64,000 nt of DNA. It comes from Eukaryota sp. TZLM1-RC (lineage: Eukaryota; Protista; Metamonada: BaSk clade). The notes beneath the pieces were generated by a model, which was not told the DNA's origin, searched no databases, and worked only from the letters and a program-made list of their open reading frames with translations. Where the stretch lies: the NCBI GenBank assembly GCA_040285825.1, contig JAUPSS010000007.1, positions 1,834,689-1,898,688 of the forward strand, in the 5' to 3' direction. The stretch's first letter is position 1. Each line of letters opens with the position of its first letter. Position numbers and translations under genes: made by a program. Shown piece by piece: positions 46,548 to 57,719 of this stretch.

Positions 46548-48309
46548 TTACTTACGGACTACCTCAAAAACAAACTTACCATCATCAAAGCTACGATTAA
46601 ATCCAGTCAGTTGGTTGATTAGAAGTGGATATGCATTATCAACATTCCAATTGGCTGACATGTCATTTAAAATGGCCTCCACTGTATCTTTACAATCAGT
46701 TTGTAATTCATTTGAGGCTTTTTCAATTAACAAGTCAGCTGTTCCACTGGTGAAATGACCATTACCAATATACTGTTCCAATTTTAGAGAAACCTTATTG
46801 AAATTGTTGGCTGCGAGTTTGCCTGCCTGGACTCCTGGTTGATCATATGCATTAGTACGCTTGAGAGCTGCTAAACAACTAACAATTCTTTCTTCAAGGG
46901 CAATTAAGAGGCCAATAGCATATTCGTTACGTTCTTCAAGTTGAATAGACATCCAGCTTCTACCATTGGCACTTAAGGCTTGCTGAGTACCCTTGACAAA
47001 ACCTAACAATTGGCGACCCATAGACCCTGTTTTGGTGTTAAGAAAATCAGCATTACGCTTACGGAAGCTAATGAATCTAACAAAGGCATCATCAATTCCT
47101 TTCTGGATTTGCTGCATAAATGCATGTTGTTCTCCAGTACCAACTGAGATTATTTGACATTAAAACAAAACATACCACCCCCAAACTGAAATTAATTCCA
47201 AATGAATAGAAACATACCACAGTTAGTCCATATCTGGAAGGAACTCCATCAATATCATACTCCTATGCTTAGAATTCAATTCATAAAAAATACCTTTCCA
47301 AGAGATTCCATATACAACTGCTGTAAGTAATGAGATACCTCCTTGAGATAATCAGAATACCCTAAAACTATCATATTCTTCCTACCTTCTTCCTGGAATA
47401 GTTTATCTATTCCAAGTGATATCAAGAGAGCTGGATTCTCCTTGATAGAAGGTTTACGGGTAAGTTCATCCATATCAGACATTCCTAAAACGAACTGGGC
47501 AAAATCTAGACCTCCAAAAGCAGCAGGAACCATACCAATAGCTGAAACAATGGAGGTTCTACCTCCTGTTTCTTCTTTCATGTACCAAATGAATCTATAG
47601 TTATCTGTTCTGGCCTTCTTATCAAAAGGAGACCCTTCTGTTGTGACTGCACAGTTGCGAGAACCAATGTCAAGGTTTTTATCATTGAGCATTTTTGAAA
47701 AAGCCTCAAGATTTCCAGCAGTTTCTGCGGTAGAACCAGACTTACTCATGTGAACGCAAAGAGTCGATTCCACTGAGATGCGACTAAAAAGGTCATGGAA
47801 GCTTTCTGGATCGGTATTTGACACAAAGTGTAGCTTAAGAGGCAGATAATCATTATAACTTTCACCCTTTTGCGAGATAAGAAGCATCAATGGACCAAGG
47901 AATGATCCACCAATAGAGTTGAAGACTACATCAGTAAAAACGTGTCCTTCCTTTGTCTTTCCTCCTGAAATGATGGATTGGACATCCTGCACAACTTTCT
48001 TATTGTAATCAAGTGTACTTTGCAAGGATCGAGATAGAAAGTCTCCTGAACCTTGAGGTTGCTTGATGCGATGGTTGTAATGGTCAACTCTACGGTTCTC
48101 CGATTCAGACTTGACGGCAGTAGCTAGAGTTAGAGACAAGCACAATCAATCATACTGTTGACTATTTCGCCTTGTTCGATTGCTTCAATATTGTCAAAGA
48201 TATGCATGACAGCGAGATTGTATTTTCGTTCCAGGGTGTCAATACATTGTAAGGATCGAAATCCAGAGAGATCTAATGTAAAACCTGTTTTGGAGTCGTG
48301 GAAGAGCAT
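46548..48309 (-). CDS. GPI: Glucose-6-phosphate isomerase; introns 48124-48155, 47263-47293, 47186-47217, 47144-47175
   Basis: IGGSFLGP, SKSGSTAET, GGRTS, QQLYMESLGK, GTGEQHAF, NAYDQPGV; four GT-AG introns restore the frame. Confidence 0.93.
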
Positions 48310-49173
48310 TTATGGGAAGTCGAGGAGATGGAAAATGTAAGAAAAGAGATTGATTGGTCACCTGAATTCCTGCTGAAAAAAAACTAGAGAAAATTACAAA
48401 AATAGTAATTTACATTTATACCTACAAATTCCAAATACTTAAAGTACTTAAAGAAATACTTAAAGAAATACAGCAGTACTTACTGGAATTCCAGGAATAA
48501 TGGAATTCAAAGGTATGATTACAATTTAATTTGTCCTGCGATCTATTGGCCAACGTCAAAGCCTTAGTTGAGCTGATATGTCTTCGTGATGGCCCTGGCA
48601 ATGTATACAAAACATGAGTTTTGTATGAATCTAAAAACAAACTCCAGCTTCCCGTTCTTACGTGTAGCTCACGCCACGGTAGCAAAACAATGGTTATTAT
48701 CTCGTGACCAAATAGATGGTCCGGTAAGTGTGTGGGCTATAGTTGTAATTCCGAGTTACGTAATACATCTATTAGACCAGGACGACACTCACAATTTCGT
48801 AAAGTCGCCGATTGTCCAGTCAAATAAATACTATTCACCTCATACGATGATCTGGAACAAACCATCTTTTATTAACGTAGTGATAAAACAAGATGTTAAA
48901 CAGGGGATTGTGGCAGTTGAAACAAACTATGTCACGGTTTGGCGAGTAAAACAAATAGGTATTAATAGAATCTTTAGATCATACGAAGAAAACTTTGTTA
49001 TGTTTGCTATATTATTATTTTTAATGTTGAGAAGAACCAACAGGAGGGCGACAGAGACCGAGTTGAATGTCCGATAGAAAGAATAAGGAAAGGCGGGAGA
49101 AAACGTGACTATTTTTGTAATTCACTGAGAAAACTAGTATTGACTTAATTAAATTATATTCTATTTACACATC

Positions 49174-50727
49174 TCAATGTACTAAGTTTTTAGATCGAAT
49201 TTCTGTGCTGCTTATATCCTCTCTAAAGTTGTCCAAACTCAAAAAGATATCAGTATGTTCTTCACAATCCCACTGTTTGAACTCACCATCTACCAATCTT
49301 CCAGCTACAACAAACCTTCCTCCTAAGTTAGCAAACCAAGAAAAGAGGGAGTTCATTTCTGTGGTAGACTTATAGTACTTGGGATTAATGATTCGAATGG
49401 CGGTGTCATAACCAATAATAAACAAGGGTTCCCACTGTGAAAAAGATAAAATAAAGGATGTTTTCTCAAAAAACGTAGGAAATAATGTTACCAAAACTCC
49501 TGAAAACAGTGAATCACTAGTGAATTGTCCCAATCGTTGATTCAGCTCATCTTCTGAAATCCAGCCCTTATCAGCATTATGTGCTGCTATTTCGGCAAAG
49601 ACTGGAAGATGGAACTGAGACATAAACGACTCAGCCATAGACAGATGTCCAGAGTGAAGAGGGTTGAATGAACCACAAAGAAGTGCAAACTGTGTTGGAA
49701 GCTTCAGTTTTGGATCAAAAACAAGCCTAGCTTCTCCATACATATAACAAGAAAGCAAAGAAGATCTGCAATTAGGTTGAAAAGACTTGAAGGTGTGTTT
49801 AAAAGTGTGTTCTTCACAGTTGGTTAATTCTATCCTATCATTGATTCCCATGGCAGTGGCTAAAAGGTTAAGACAAGCAAAACCAGCAGTTAATTCCTGG
49901 TCTTTTCGTTGATTTAAAACATCATCATTTGTTTTACTAAAGGAAAGCGATGACGTATGAATGACACAGTCACCATTTGAATGAGAAAGGACTACAATGT
50001 AGGCTTTATCACTTCCCCTCCTGGGAGGCAGAGTAGCAAAGGCACTTGAAACCCCAACTGCAATGACTGAAGGAATATCAGGATTAATGCGATGAATGTA
50101 TCGTAAAGCTGCACCTGCAAGATCAAAAGAAGTTGAGAGAGAACAATAATGAATCGGTTCGAAGCCCAAAAAGTCATTTGTAATATCTGTGTGATAACCA
50201 TGGAAGCTACCAAGAAAACTCTTTGATGCACCAAAAACTGATGTCATGAGAGCAGGTGCCGCACAACTGCCTGAACTAGAGATGAAAATACAAGGATTCT
50301 TCGAGTGACCATTAATTTTGTTGACAAGAGATTCATGGCAAGACATAAGTTGAGGTGCTCTGAAGTGAAGTAGCTGTTGAATTTGTGAGGTTTTTAGTAG
50401 ATGAATACTTTCTTGAGAGTGATCGTCCAACAACGCACTTATCCAAAACTCCATATCCCTGAACCACACTTTTTAAAACATATCTTTATTCAATAAACTA
50501 CACCTTTTAAAGTTAGTCTCTCCGTGGACATCTACTACGTTTGTGACCAAACTCTTTACAAATACCACATCTTTGCTTCTTGGGCAGTACTTGTGCAGGT
50601 TGATTTTTATCATCACCCACAAGCGGTAATCATCGGACAAGTTTAGCAGGTGATACAACACCTTTTTACGAAAGGATTCTTTCAAAATGAACGAACGAAC
50701 ATTAGACGGTTTGTCTTCTTTAGGCAC
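49174..50727 (-). CDS. Cytidylyltransferase/NMNAT-like protein with CinA-like N-terminal part; in-frame TAA at 50473-50475 separates an upstream 84-codon ORF
   Basis: GSFNPLHSGH (HxGH), NADK, IIGYDTAIR, FVVAGR, DISSTEIR. Confidence 0.7.
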
Positions 50728-51219
50728 ATCTGTGCATTCGACCTTGTGAGGGGTAAAGAAGACGATTTCATGAGTTGTGTCGTTGTTTTTAGCATATACT
50801 CTGAAGGTACAGGAAGTAACCGTACAAGTAACAATGTATTTTGTACTGTTTGTGTTGCTATTGGGTTTTATTTCTTTATCAGTTTGTAACGGATACTGAT
50901 TAATTGCTGCTTGAAGATCTACATGTAGGCTTGCTTGTTGTAAACAGCACTCCTTTAATCAAATCTATTTTTGTTTTGATTTTAAGAGACTCAATAGATA
51001 TCCGCATAGGACAGGGGTTGTAAAGAAGTGAATACAATATAATAATGTGTTTAGTGTTGTGTTTGGAACATGTTTTCAAAAGTGCGTTCTTGCCGTTGAT
51101 CCAATTAAATATCATTTTGTGCAATTTATCCTAACCATAAAAATTTGTGGTTATTCAATTATATCAAGAATAGATAATAACAATGTGGACCATCAACTTT
51201 TGGGCCTTGTTCTAATATC

Positions 51220-51845
51220 AAAGGCAAAAAAGATCATTTACCAACCCGTCTTGACCCATGCATCACCAAACTGCTATTTCGTACACAATTTCCGAGAATA
51301 TCTGGATGAAATAGCAACGCCTTTGATGTGGGTACCGACACATGAAGAAATCAGCAATCTCGACTTCCGTGCCAGAACTATATTAGACAAACTGCTGATA
51401 AATGGAGATCGCCGAGCCCTGTGCCGCACGCAACAAGTTTGATTTCTTTGTAAGAAGGCAAAAAAGAATAATGGGATTTATTGAAAAAATTAAACTAATG
51501 GCTAATGGAAGAGAAACCATAATTTGGTTTGGCAGTGGAGGTGATGGGCCATCAAGACAATCTGTGAAAACTCCAAGGAAGCGCTGTTTGAAGGAGATTC
51601 AGAAACATTTTACATATGTGAAGCCTAATGGAGATGAATTCTACACATCTGCCAAAACGAATTGCTGTAAGGTATTCAATCAAAACTTGTATCACGACGA
51701 TGGGAGGGTGAACAATGATAAGTTTGTATGCCCTCAATGTCAGACACTCTGGTCGAGGGACATCTCAGCCTCCAGAAACCAGCTTGAGATTGCCATAAGT
51801 GACCACTACTACAATGAAAGACCGGAGGCGTTGGAGACCCCGTAG
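51220..51845 (+). mobile_element. Fanzor family B, 5'-truncated and frameshifted C-terminal half
   Basis: KFDFFVRRQK, IIWFG, RuvC-II DEFYTSAK, CC..CPQC zinc finger, RuvC-III WSRDISASRN, terminal RPEAL. Confidence 0.85.
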
Positions 51846-52013
51846 ATTAGTGTTTTTCCATGTATTGCGTACCTGTACGCATATTGTGATGTTGCTGCTT
51901 TAACTATCATTTGATCGTGATATCATATAGTGATAGAACTAAAGTACGCTTAACATCTATCAAGATTGCTTGAGAAAAAAGTAGAAGAAATGTTTTGATG
52001 TTTTGATAGAAAT
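51826..52013 (+). ncRNA. Putative omegaRNA scaffold of Fanzor family B
   Basis: Directly 3' of the Fanzor stop; stems tgcgta/tacgca, gatgtt..tgcttta/taaagta..aacatc, ctatca/tgatag, tctatcaagat/gttttgataga; conserved at 31878-32061. Confidence 0.7.
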
Positions 52014-52032
52014 CCTTAGTCAACTCACATCA

Positions 52033-53334
52033 ATGTTCTCTTGTTCATTGTGTCACAAAGATATAAATATAATCAATGATTGTGAACTCCAACCAGACGA
52101 ATTTTCCTTCTCTGATATGGTTACACAGTCATTTGAACCGTTCTTAGACCCTGAAATCAAAGACAGTCTCATCAGTCTAGGTGAATCAATGTTTACTGCT
52201 TCAGATCCACATCTGCCTTCTTCTAAAATTAACAGTCTTCTTTCAGAAACCACAAACCAAGACCTACCCCTCTGTACACTTTGCCTGGCTGATACTGTCA
52301 GGAAACTTGAACAAGAAAGAGACCATCTCCAACTTCGAATCTCTTCCTATCAAGAATCCCTTACCAGATTAGATACAGTTGAAGCTAGCTTTTCCTCTCT
52401 TGACCTAGATATCAATGTCCATGAGTTACACGGGATGATGGAAGAGCAATCAAAACTACTAGAAGCTGAGTTCCATAGTTATCAAAATGAAATCAATCTT
52501 GTCACTTTTGAACTTGCAGAAGCTCAAAAACAACAGACTTTGCTTGACGAAGAAATTGAACAATTGTGGAAGAAAACCTCAAATGTGGTTGATGGTCATT
52601 TATCATTGGTTGAGACTCAGAGCTTGGAGGAAAATCAGATCAACTCCATACAAGAGCAAATACTTGCCCTGGAATGTTTAGATCCTTTATTCATAATGGT
52701 CAATATTAGTGTTGACTCTGAAAGACCTTCCGCTTTAGTCAATCACAATGCTTTGGGGGTAGATTTGACTCTTTCTGAACTTTCTCACCAATCGAGTATA
52801 ATCACTGGTGTTAATTGGATTTCTACAAACACTGCTTTAGGTGATTTATGTCTGCTATTAGTTAATGCGGCCAAGTTAGTCTCTTTTAAGTTACGGAATA
52901 TGGTGCCCATGCCACAGGGTAGAAGCAGCACTGTTTTAAGGCTTTCTGATGGATGTTTCCTACCTCTTTTTGGACCTCCTTTCGGTAGTAATAGTGGTAA
53001 GAAGAGTAAAAAGAGTGGAGTTTCATTTGATGATGGGTTGAGTGGTTTTATCAATGTGTTGTTTGAATTGTATCTGTATTGTAAAGAGAGACTTGAGGAG
53101 TCTTTTAAGTTTGAGCTTCCCTACCACTTGACCTTCTCAGAAAATGAGGTTTTTATCTCACATGGTGATTCAAAATTTGGGTTGTTATTAAGAAGTTATG
53201 GAATTAATTCTAGTACTGACGTGGAAAAATTTAAAGGGGAACGTTGCTTGAAGTGGACCTCAGCAATGAGGTTGTTAGCCATTAATCTTCAACAAATAGT
53301 GGTGTATTGTAGAAAATTAAATTTAAATAATTAA
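52033..53334 (+). CDS. ATG6: Beclin-1/Atg6/Vps30-like protein
   Basis: FSC..C, PLC..C, coiled coil, VNWISTNTALG..CLLL, KWTSAMRLL..NL (BARA domain). Confidence 0.75.
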   Translation: MFSCSLCHKDINIINDCELQPDEFSFSDMVTQSFEPFLDPEIKDSLISLGESMFTASDPHLPSSKINSLLSETTNQDLPLCTLCLADTVRKLEQERDHLQLRISSYQESLTRLDTVEASFSSLDLDINVHELHGMMEEQSKLLEAEFHSYQNEINLVTFELAEAQKQQTLLDEEIEQLWKKTSNVVDGHLSLVETQSLEENQINSIQEQILALECLDPLFIMVNISVDSERPSALVNHNALGVDLTLSELSHQSSIITGVNWISTNTALGDLCLLLVNAAKLVSFKLRNMVPMPQGRSSTVLRLSDGCFLPLFGPPFGSNSGKKSKKSGVSFDDGLSGFINVLFELYLYCKERLEESFKFELPYHLTFSENEVFISHGDSKFGLLLRSYGINSSTDVEKFKGERCLKWTSAMRLLAINLQQIVVYCRKLNLNN

Positions 53335-53424
53335 TTGAAGCTTTTTATTGCTTTTTATACATGTACATATTATCTGAATTTGTTCAGACTTAAATTTTAA
53401 ATAATTAATAAATAAATTCTTAAA

Positions 53425-54264
53425 TCAACTAACTAACCCATATTTTTTTTCAATAACCTCCACATTCATCCTATCTTGATTATGAATCCTTTCCAATTCC
53501 TTTAATTCAGACCCATCATCAACTGCAGAATTAGCCCTCTTTACTGCTGGTTTGGGTGGTGGACAAGGTTTGGGTAGTCTTGAAGCAAATTCCAATGCAA
53601 TTTCTCTTTTGCTTTTACCTTTTGGTTTTGGTTTTGGTTTAGTCGGTCCTTTGGGAAGGTTTTTGTTTAAATTGGTGTACATTTGCCCAAATTGACGTGC
53701 CCTGTCATACTTGGCTTTCTTTTGCTTATATTCATCTGTTTCTAGGTTTGGCTGGAGTTTTCCTAGCTCAAAATACCCATTTTTTGGTTGAAGGCGTTTA
53801 TAATCACTCAATGTGTATGGTTGGTAATCGACGGCCCTTCTAGACTCGGTTTCATTCAGATTTAGATCTCTTGGTTCTTTGGAAGCACGATATTGTGGAC
53901 TGGGAGGCTCTGGATTAGATGTCAAGTGGTGGTTAGATTGGTTAACTGAAGGCAAAAGTATGGAGTTTTCAGAAGGTGGTTTTGATGGAGGAAGACTGTT
54001 GTTTGTAGAAAAGAAACCTAGATCAGAGACTGTAGGGCGATGGGACATGGTTGGACGATGAGAAAGAAGAGGTTTGACATCGGTTGTTAATACTGATTGT
54101 TCCGGAGCCATAAGACGTGCATTAGCAGAGTGTGGTCCACGAAGCGGGTTCAATTTCGGTTTTTTGGTAATTTTCGAGGGGGGTTTAGAAATGTTATGAG
54201 AATGTAGACCGCCAGTCTTGGTAACAATGGAGATCTTGCCTGAAAAGCGCTCTCTAAAGCTCAT
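53425..54264 (-). CDS. JHY-like ciliary protein
   Basis: YQPYTLSDYK..LGKLQPN, ALEFASRLPKP, LKELERIH motifs resemble the JHY C-terminal domain. Confidence 0.55.
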   Translation of the reverse strand: MSFRERFSGKISIVTKTGGLHSHNISKPPSKITKKPKLNPLRGPHSANARLMAPEQSVLTTDVKPLLSHRPTMSHRPTVSDLGFFSTNNSLPPSKPPSENSILLPSVNQSNHHLTSNPEPPSPQYRASKEPRDLNLNETESRRAVDYQPYTLSDYKRLQPKNGYFELGKLQPNLETDEYKQKKAKYDRARQFGQMYTNLNKNLPKGPTKPKPKPKGKSKREIALEFASRLPKPCPPPKPAVKRANSAVDDGSELKELERIHNQDRMNVEVIEKKYGLVS

Positions 54265-54314
54265 TGAAAGAGAAGACTTTGAGAATTTTCTTCAGGTTAG
54301 CAGCTTTTATTAGT

Positions 54315-54475
54315 GAAGATTTGATATTTTTTTATGGCGCTCTCGGATTCAATTTGCCATTATTAACAGATTACCTCGGTTTTTCAATCGAATAAGAGAA
54401 GCTTTAGCTAGACAGCAAGCAGATCCAGATTTTGTAGAGGAAATCTTGGTTCAATGATAGTCGTCCCATTAGTTT
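54315..54475 (+). mobile_element. 3' tail of EILVQ LINE
   Basis: FDIFLWRSRIQFAIINRLPRFF..EEILVQ*. Confidence 0.8.
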
Positions 54476-54511
54476 TTTTTACTAATTTTAATTTAAAAAA
54501 TTAAATTCCCA

Positions 54512-55516
54512 TTAGTTATGAGTTAATTTCATTAAGTGTGCAAATTTAATAAATACATTAATAAATCCAATACCACCCAAATTTGCTGAAGAAAATAAGT
54601 GACTTTTCAACATTCCTGGTTCTACATCCAATAAATCAGCAAAAAATTCTGTTCTCAATGAATTAAAAGAACGACAACAAACGTGTTTCAATTCTTTTAA
54701 AGGATTTGCATATTTTTTCCGTTTGTACAATTCGGAGTCATCAAGGGGAGATACTTCGGATTGTGCATTTTTCAAGGCATTTTTCTTGCAAACATCCACT
54801 ATTACGACATCAACAACATTCATGACATCATCAAACGAGGGCACAACAACATCAGCACGTCGTTTTCCATATTCTGAATCTCTTACGCTTTCATTTATAT
54901 CAAGAGACCTCAACAATGGTTCTACAAAAGATTCAGTATGACCATATACATTTGGAATCTGGGAAATAAGACAACTTGAGCTACTATCCTTGAGGTCAAT
55001 TAAAAAGTTTGCAAAAACGGGATTCTTTTCTTTAGCCAAGATAAGACGAACAGTGAAATCCAAGCTTTCAAAAACTTTTAATATCTTTTTCTGCAATTTA
55101 GCATATGCAAATTTCAAGGAAATCAAACTCCTGGGTGGAATTTCTTGAATATCAGCAGGAAAGCATTTGGACCATATTTGAGGAGAGATGCATTCAATTT
55201 CACTCTGCAAGGACACTAAATAGTCACTAACACAATATTCTATTAAATGTTGGTTTTCAGGAAAACGTTTCAAAAATTCAAAAACGAAATTTTTTCCTCG
55301 ACCGATGAATGCGGCTTTACACAAATATTTTGATTTGTGAAAATCCAGGCCTCCCAATTCTGTGCTACAAAAAATATGACTACGTAAAAAAGAAGAATCA
55401 ATATCGAGTAAATTAGCCAAAAATTTTGTTCTTAATTCATTAAAAATTCTGCAAAATTCGTGAGATATAGATGGTGATGTTGATCGTAGGATATGAGTCA
55501 ATACTGAATTCCTCAC
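54512..55516 (-). mobile_element. Chimeric LINE fragment (pieces of two subfamilies plus an inverted 3'UTR of a third)
   Basis: KRRADVV-type body with an internal deletion; then a block matching 60930-61045; then the reverse complement of the EILVQ 3'UTR. Confidence 0.75.
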
Positions 55517-55639
55517 TCAATTTCTTTTACCCATTAAGCTCCGCTTGGTCTTGAAGCTGTAGATCTAGCACGTTTCTACTGGTCACAGTATGCTCGACTC
55601 AATTCCCGATCGATCGGGAATCAAAAAGAAAGTTTGGAG

Positions 55640-56690
55640 TTAAATCCATCTCAAGCAGCCCATCCCATTCACTTCTCCTCACCTGTTCTGGTGACATTCA
55701 TGGTTGGGGGCATATTGTTTATGGTAAAGTTCAATTTAACGGACCTGAAATCCTCAAATTAGCACTCAGATTGCCATAAAATGATATAATATTTATCTCA
55801 ACTGGTGCTAAGTATTCCCTTGCCCTTTCTTCTGAAGGGAAGTTATATGGTTGGGGCTGCAATGTGTTCAAGCAAATCAATATTTTCAACAGCCATTCAC
55901 TACGAATTACCCCTATAAACATTCCTTATAATATTAAGGAAGTTTATGGTGGTAATAGCTGTTCATTTGCTTTGACCCAAGAAGGCCAAGTCATTCAATG
56001 GGGAGATCATTTGCCATTTGAATTTATTGAAGGCTTAAATAATATTGTTGATCATACTTCGTTTATCGGAATGGATAGATGTGGAGATTTTTTCTATTGG
56101 AATCTTAATCGTTCAACTAAAATACCAGTAAAACATCATTTATTTTCAAAAGAACGATGTAAGGGCTCCTTCTCATTTGATCGTAACAATTTAGTCCTCA
56201 AAGATAGTAATGGTGATGTTTGGGTGGTTGAATCTGAAGATTCTTTCAATAACAAACCCATCAAAATTAAAGGTTTAACCAATATTGTTCATGTTGCAGG
56301 ATCTGAACGTTTCTGTGTTGCTTTCAATAGTTTTGGTAATGTTTTTGTTTGTGTGAGTTGAGTGGAATAGGTGATTTTTATCAAGATCGTAATTATGAAC
56401 CATTATGTATTGAACCTCTCACTAATATGGAAGGTATTTCAGTAGGTCGTGACTTCCTTTTTGCCTACAACAAAAACACTGTTTGGTCTTGGGGAATGAA
56501 AGATAAAGGTCAATTAGGTACAGGTGATTTGATTGATAGACCACAACCTGTCAAAGTTTTTGGGTCTAAAATACTTGACAGTTTCCATTATCCAAAACAA
56601 CCAGTGGATAGAATGTTTATCTCAAATGTCCATCTTCAAAGTTCAAAACGAGTGTTTTGTGTGAATCCCACCCAGTGCAGTAGACAATAG
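55640..56690 (+). pseudogene. RCC1-repeat protein pseudogene
   Basis: ISTGAKYSLALSSEGKLYGWG.N, GGNSCSFALTQEGQV, VWSWG..DKGQLGTGDLIDRPQPVKV; stops and frameshifts. Confidence 0.7.
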
Positions 56691-57719
56691 GCAACATTAC
56701 AATTTAGTTTTTGGTGTTTTCTTTATTTACAGCTTTTGTAATTATTCATTTATTAGTTTAGAGTTAAATAATTTTCAAAATGGGAAGCCGTGTTGGCTCT
56801 TTCAAAGCTAATTAGATCAAGAGCAAAATATATCAATTTCATTTAATTCACTTGCTGCTATTCCTTTTTTTCAATTCTTAAGGCAACAGTTAATGTAAAC
56901 AATATACGTTGGTAAATATAGTACGGTTTACTTTAATTAATTATTGAGGAGAAAATGGTTAAAACTAATATAACACTACCTACCAACACTTACGTTCTTC
57001 ACTTCTTTTTTGATGAGTATAATTAAAAGCACTATGGTACTTAAAGCTATTCTTCAAGATGATGCAACAAATTTCATCCGCTACCTGACTTCAACCAAAT
57101 TGGTCAACAATAGTTTTAGTTTTGATGTGAAACCCCATGCAGACAGAAAATCAAAGGTCCAATTTGGTTAATTAAATTTAATTCTTTAAAAATTGAAGGT
57201 TTTGAATTTTTATCTGAATAAGCTGTCGAAACCACATTATTCCACTTATTAGCTTAACTTCCAACTAGAATAACATCAAAGACATTTTTTGTAAATGTTT
57301 GAAAGCCATTAACACGGAAAAACTTATTGAAACCAAGTTTTAATTCCATCTCAGATTTGCATAATTTAATTCATTGATAAAACATACAACAAATTGTTCT
57401 TCTTGAAGCAATCTCAGATTGATTAATTAATTCATTAATTATTAATTTGGTATTTGAAACAATCGTCTGAGCACGAGAAATTTTGTACAATAGGCAAAGC
57501 TTTTGAGAAACAAGATGATTGACTGTCACAATTTGAAATAAATTGTAGTCGTTGACATTCTGTTAATTTTTCCTACAAAAATTGCATTTTTCTTTATAAG
57601 ATAATATAAACTATGATTGGTTTGCGCGGTTCAGTGAAGTAGATTTATGTTGAACATTATCTCATTCAAAACCATAGGCTAAAATATGAACACTGACGAA
57701 TGCCTCTCTTGAAAAAAAA

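Noticed and set aside
48586-49077. 163-aa plus-strand ORF
   Set aside because: No recognisable motif and an alternative start codon; cannot be supported as a gene.
50473-50475. Stop-codon reassignment (TAA=Gln, as in some metamonads)
   Set aside because: Conserved genes in the window end in TAA, TAG and TGA and lack internal TAA/TAG.
1876-54475. Repeated roughly 300-bp units as a CRISPR-like array or SINE family
   Set aside because: They are dispersed, variably 5'-truncated 3' ends of a LINE whose longer copy is at 6.8-8.1 kb; there is no repeat-spacer structure.
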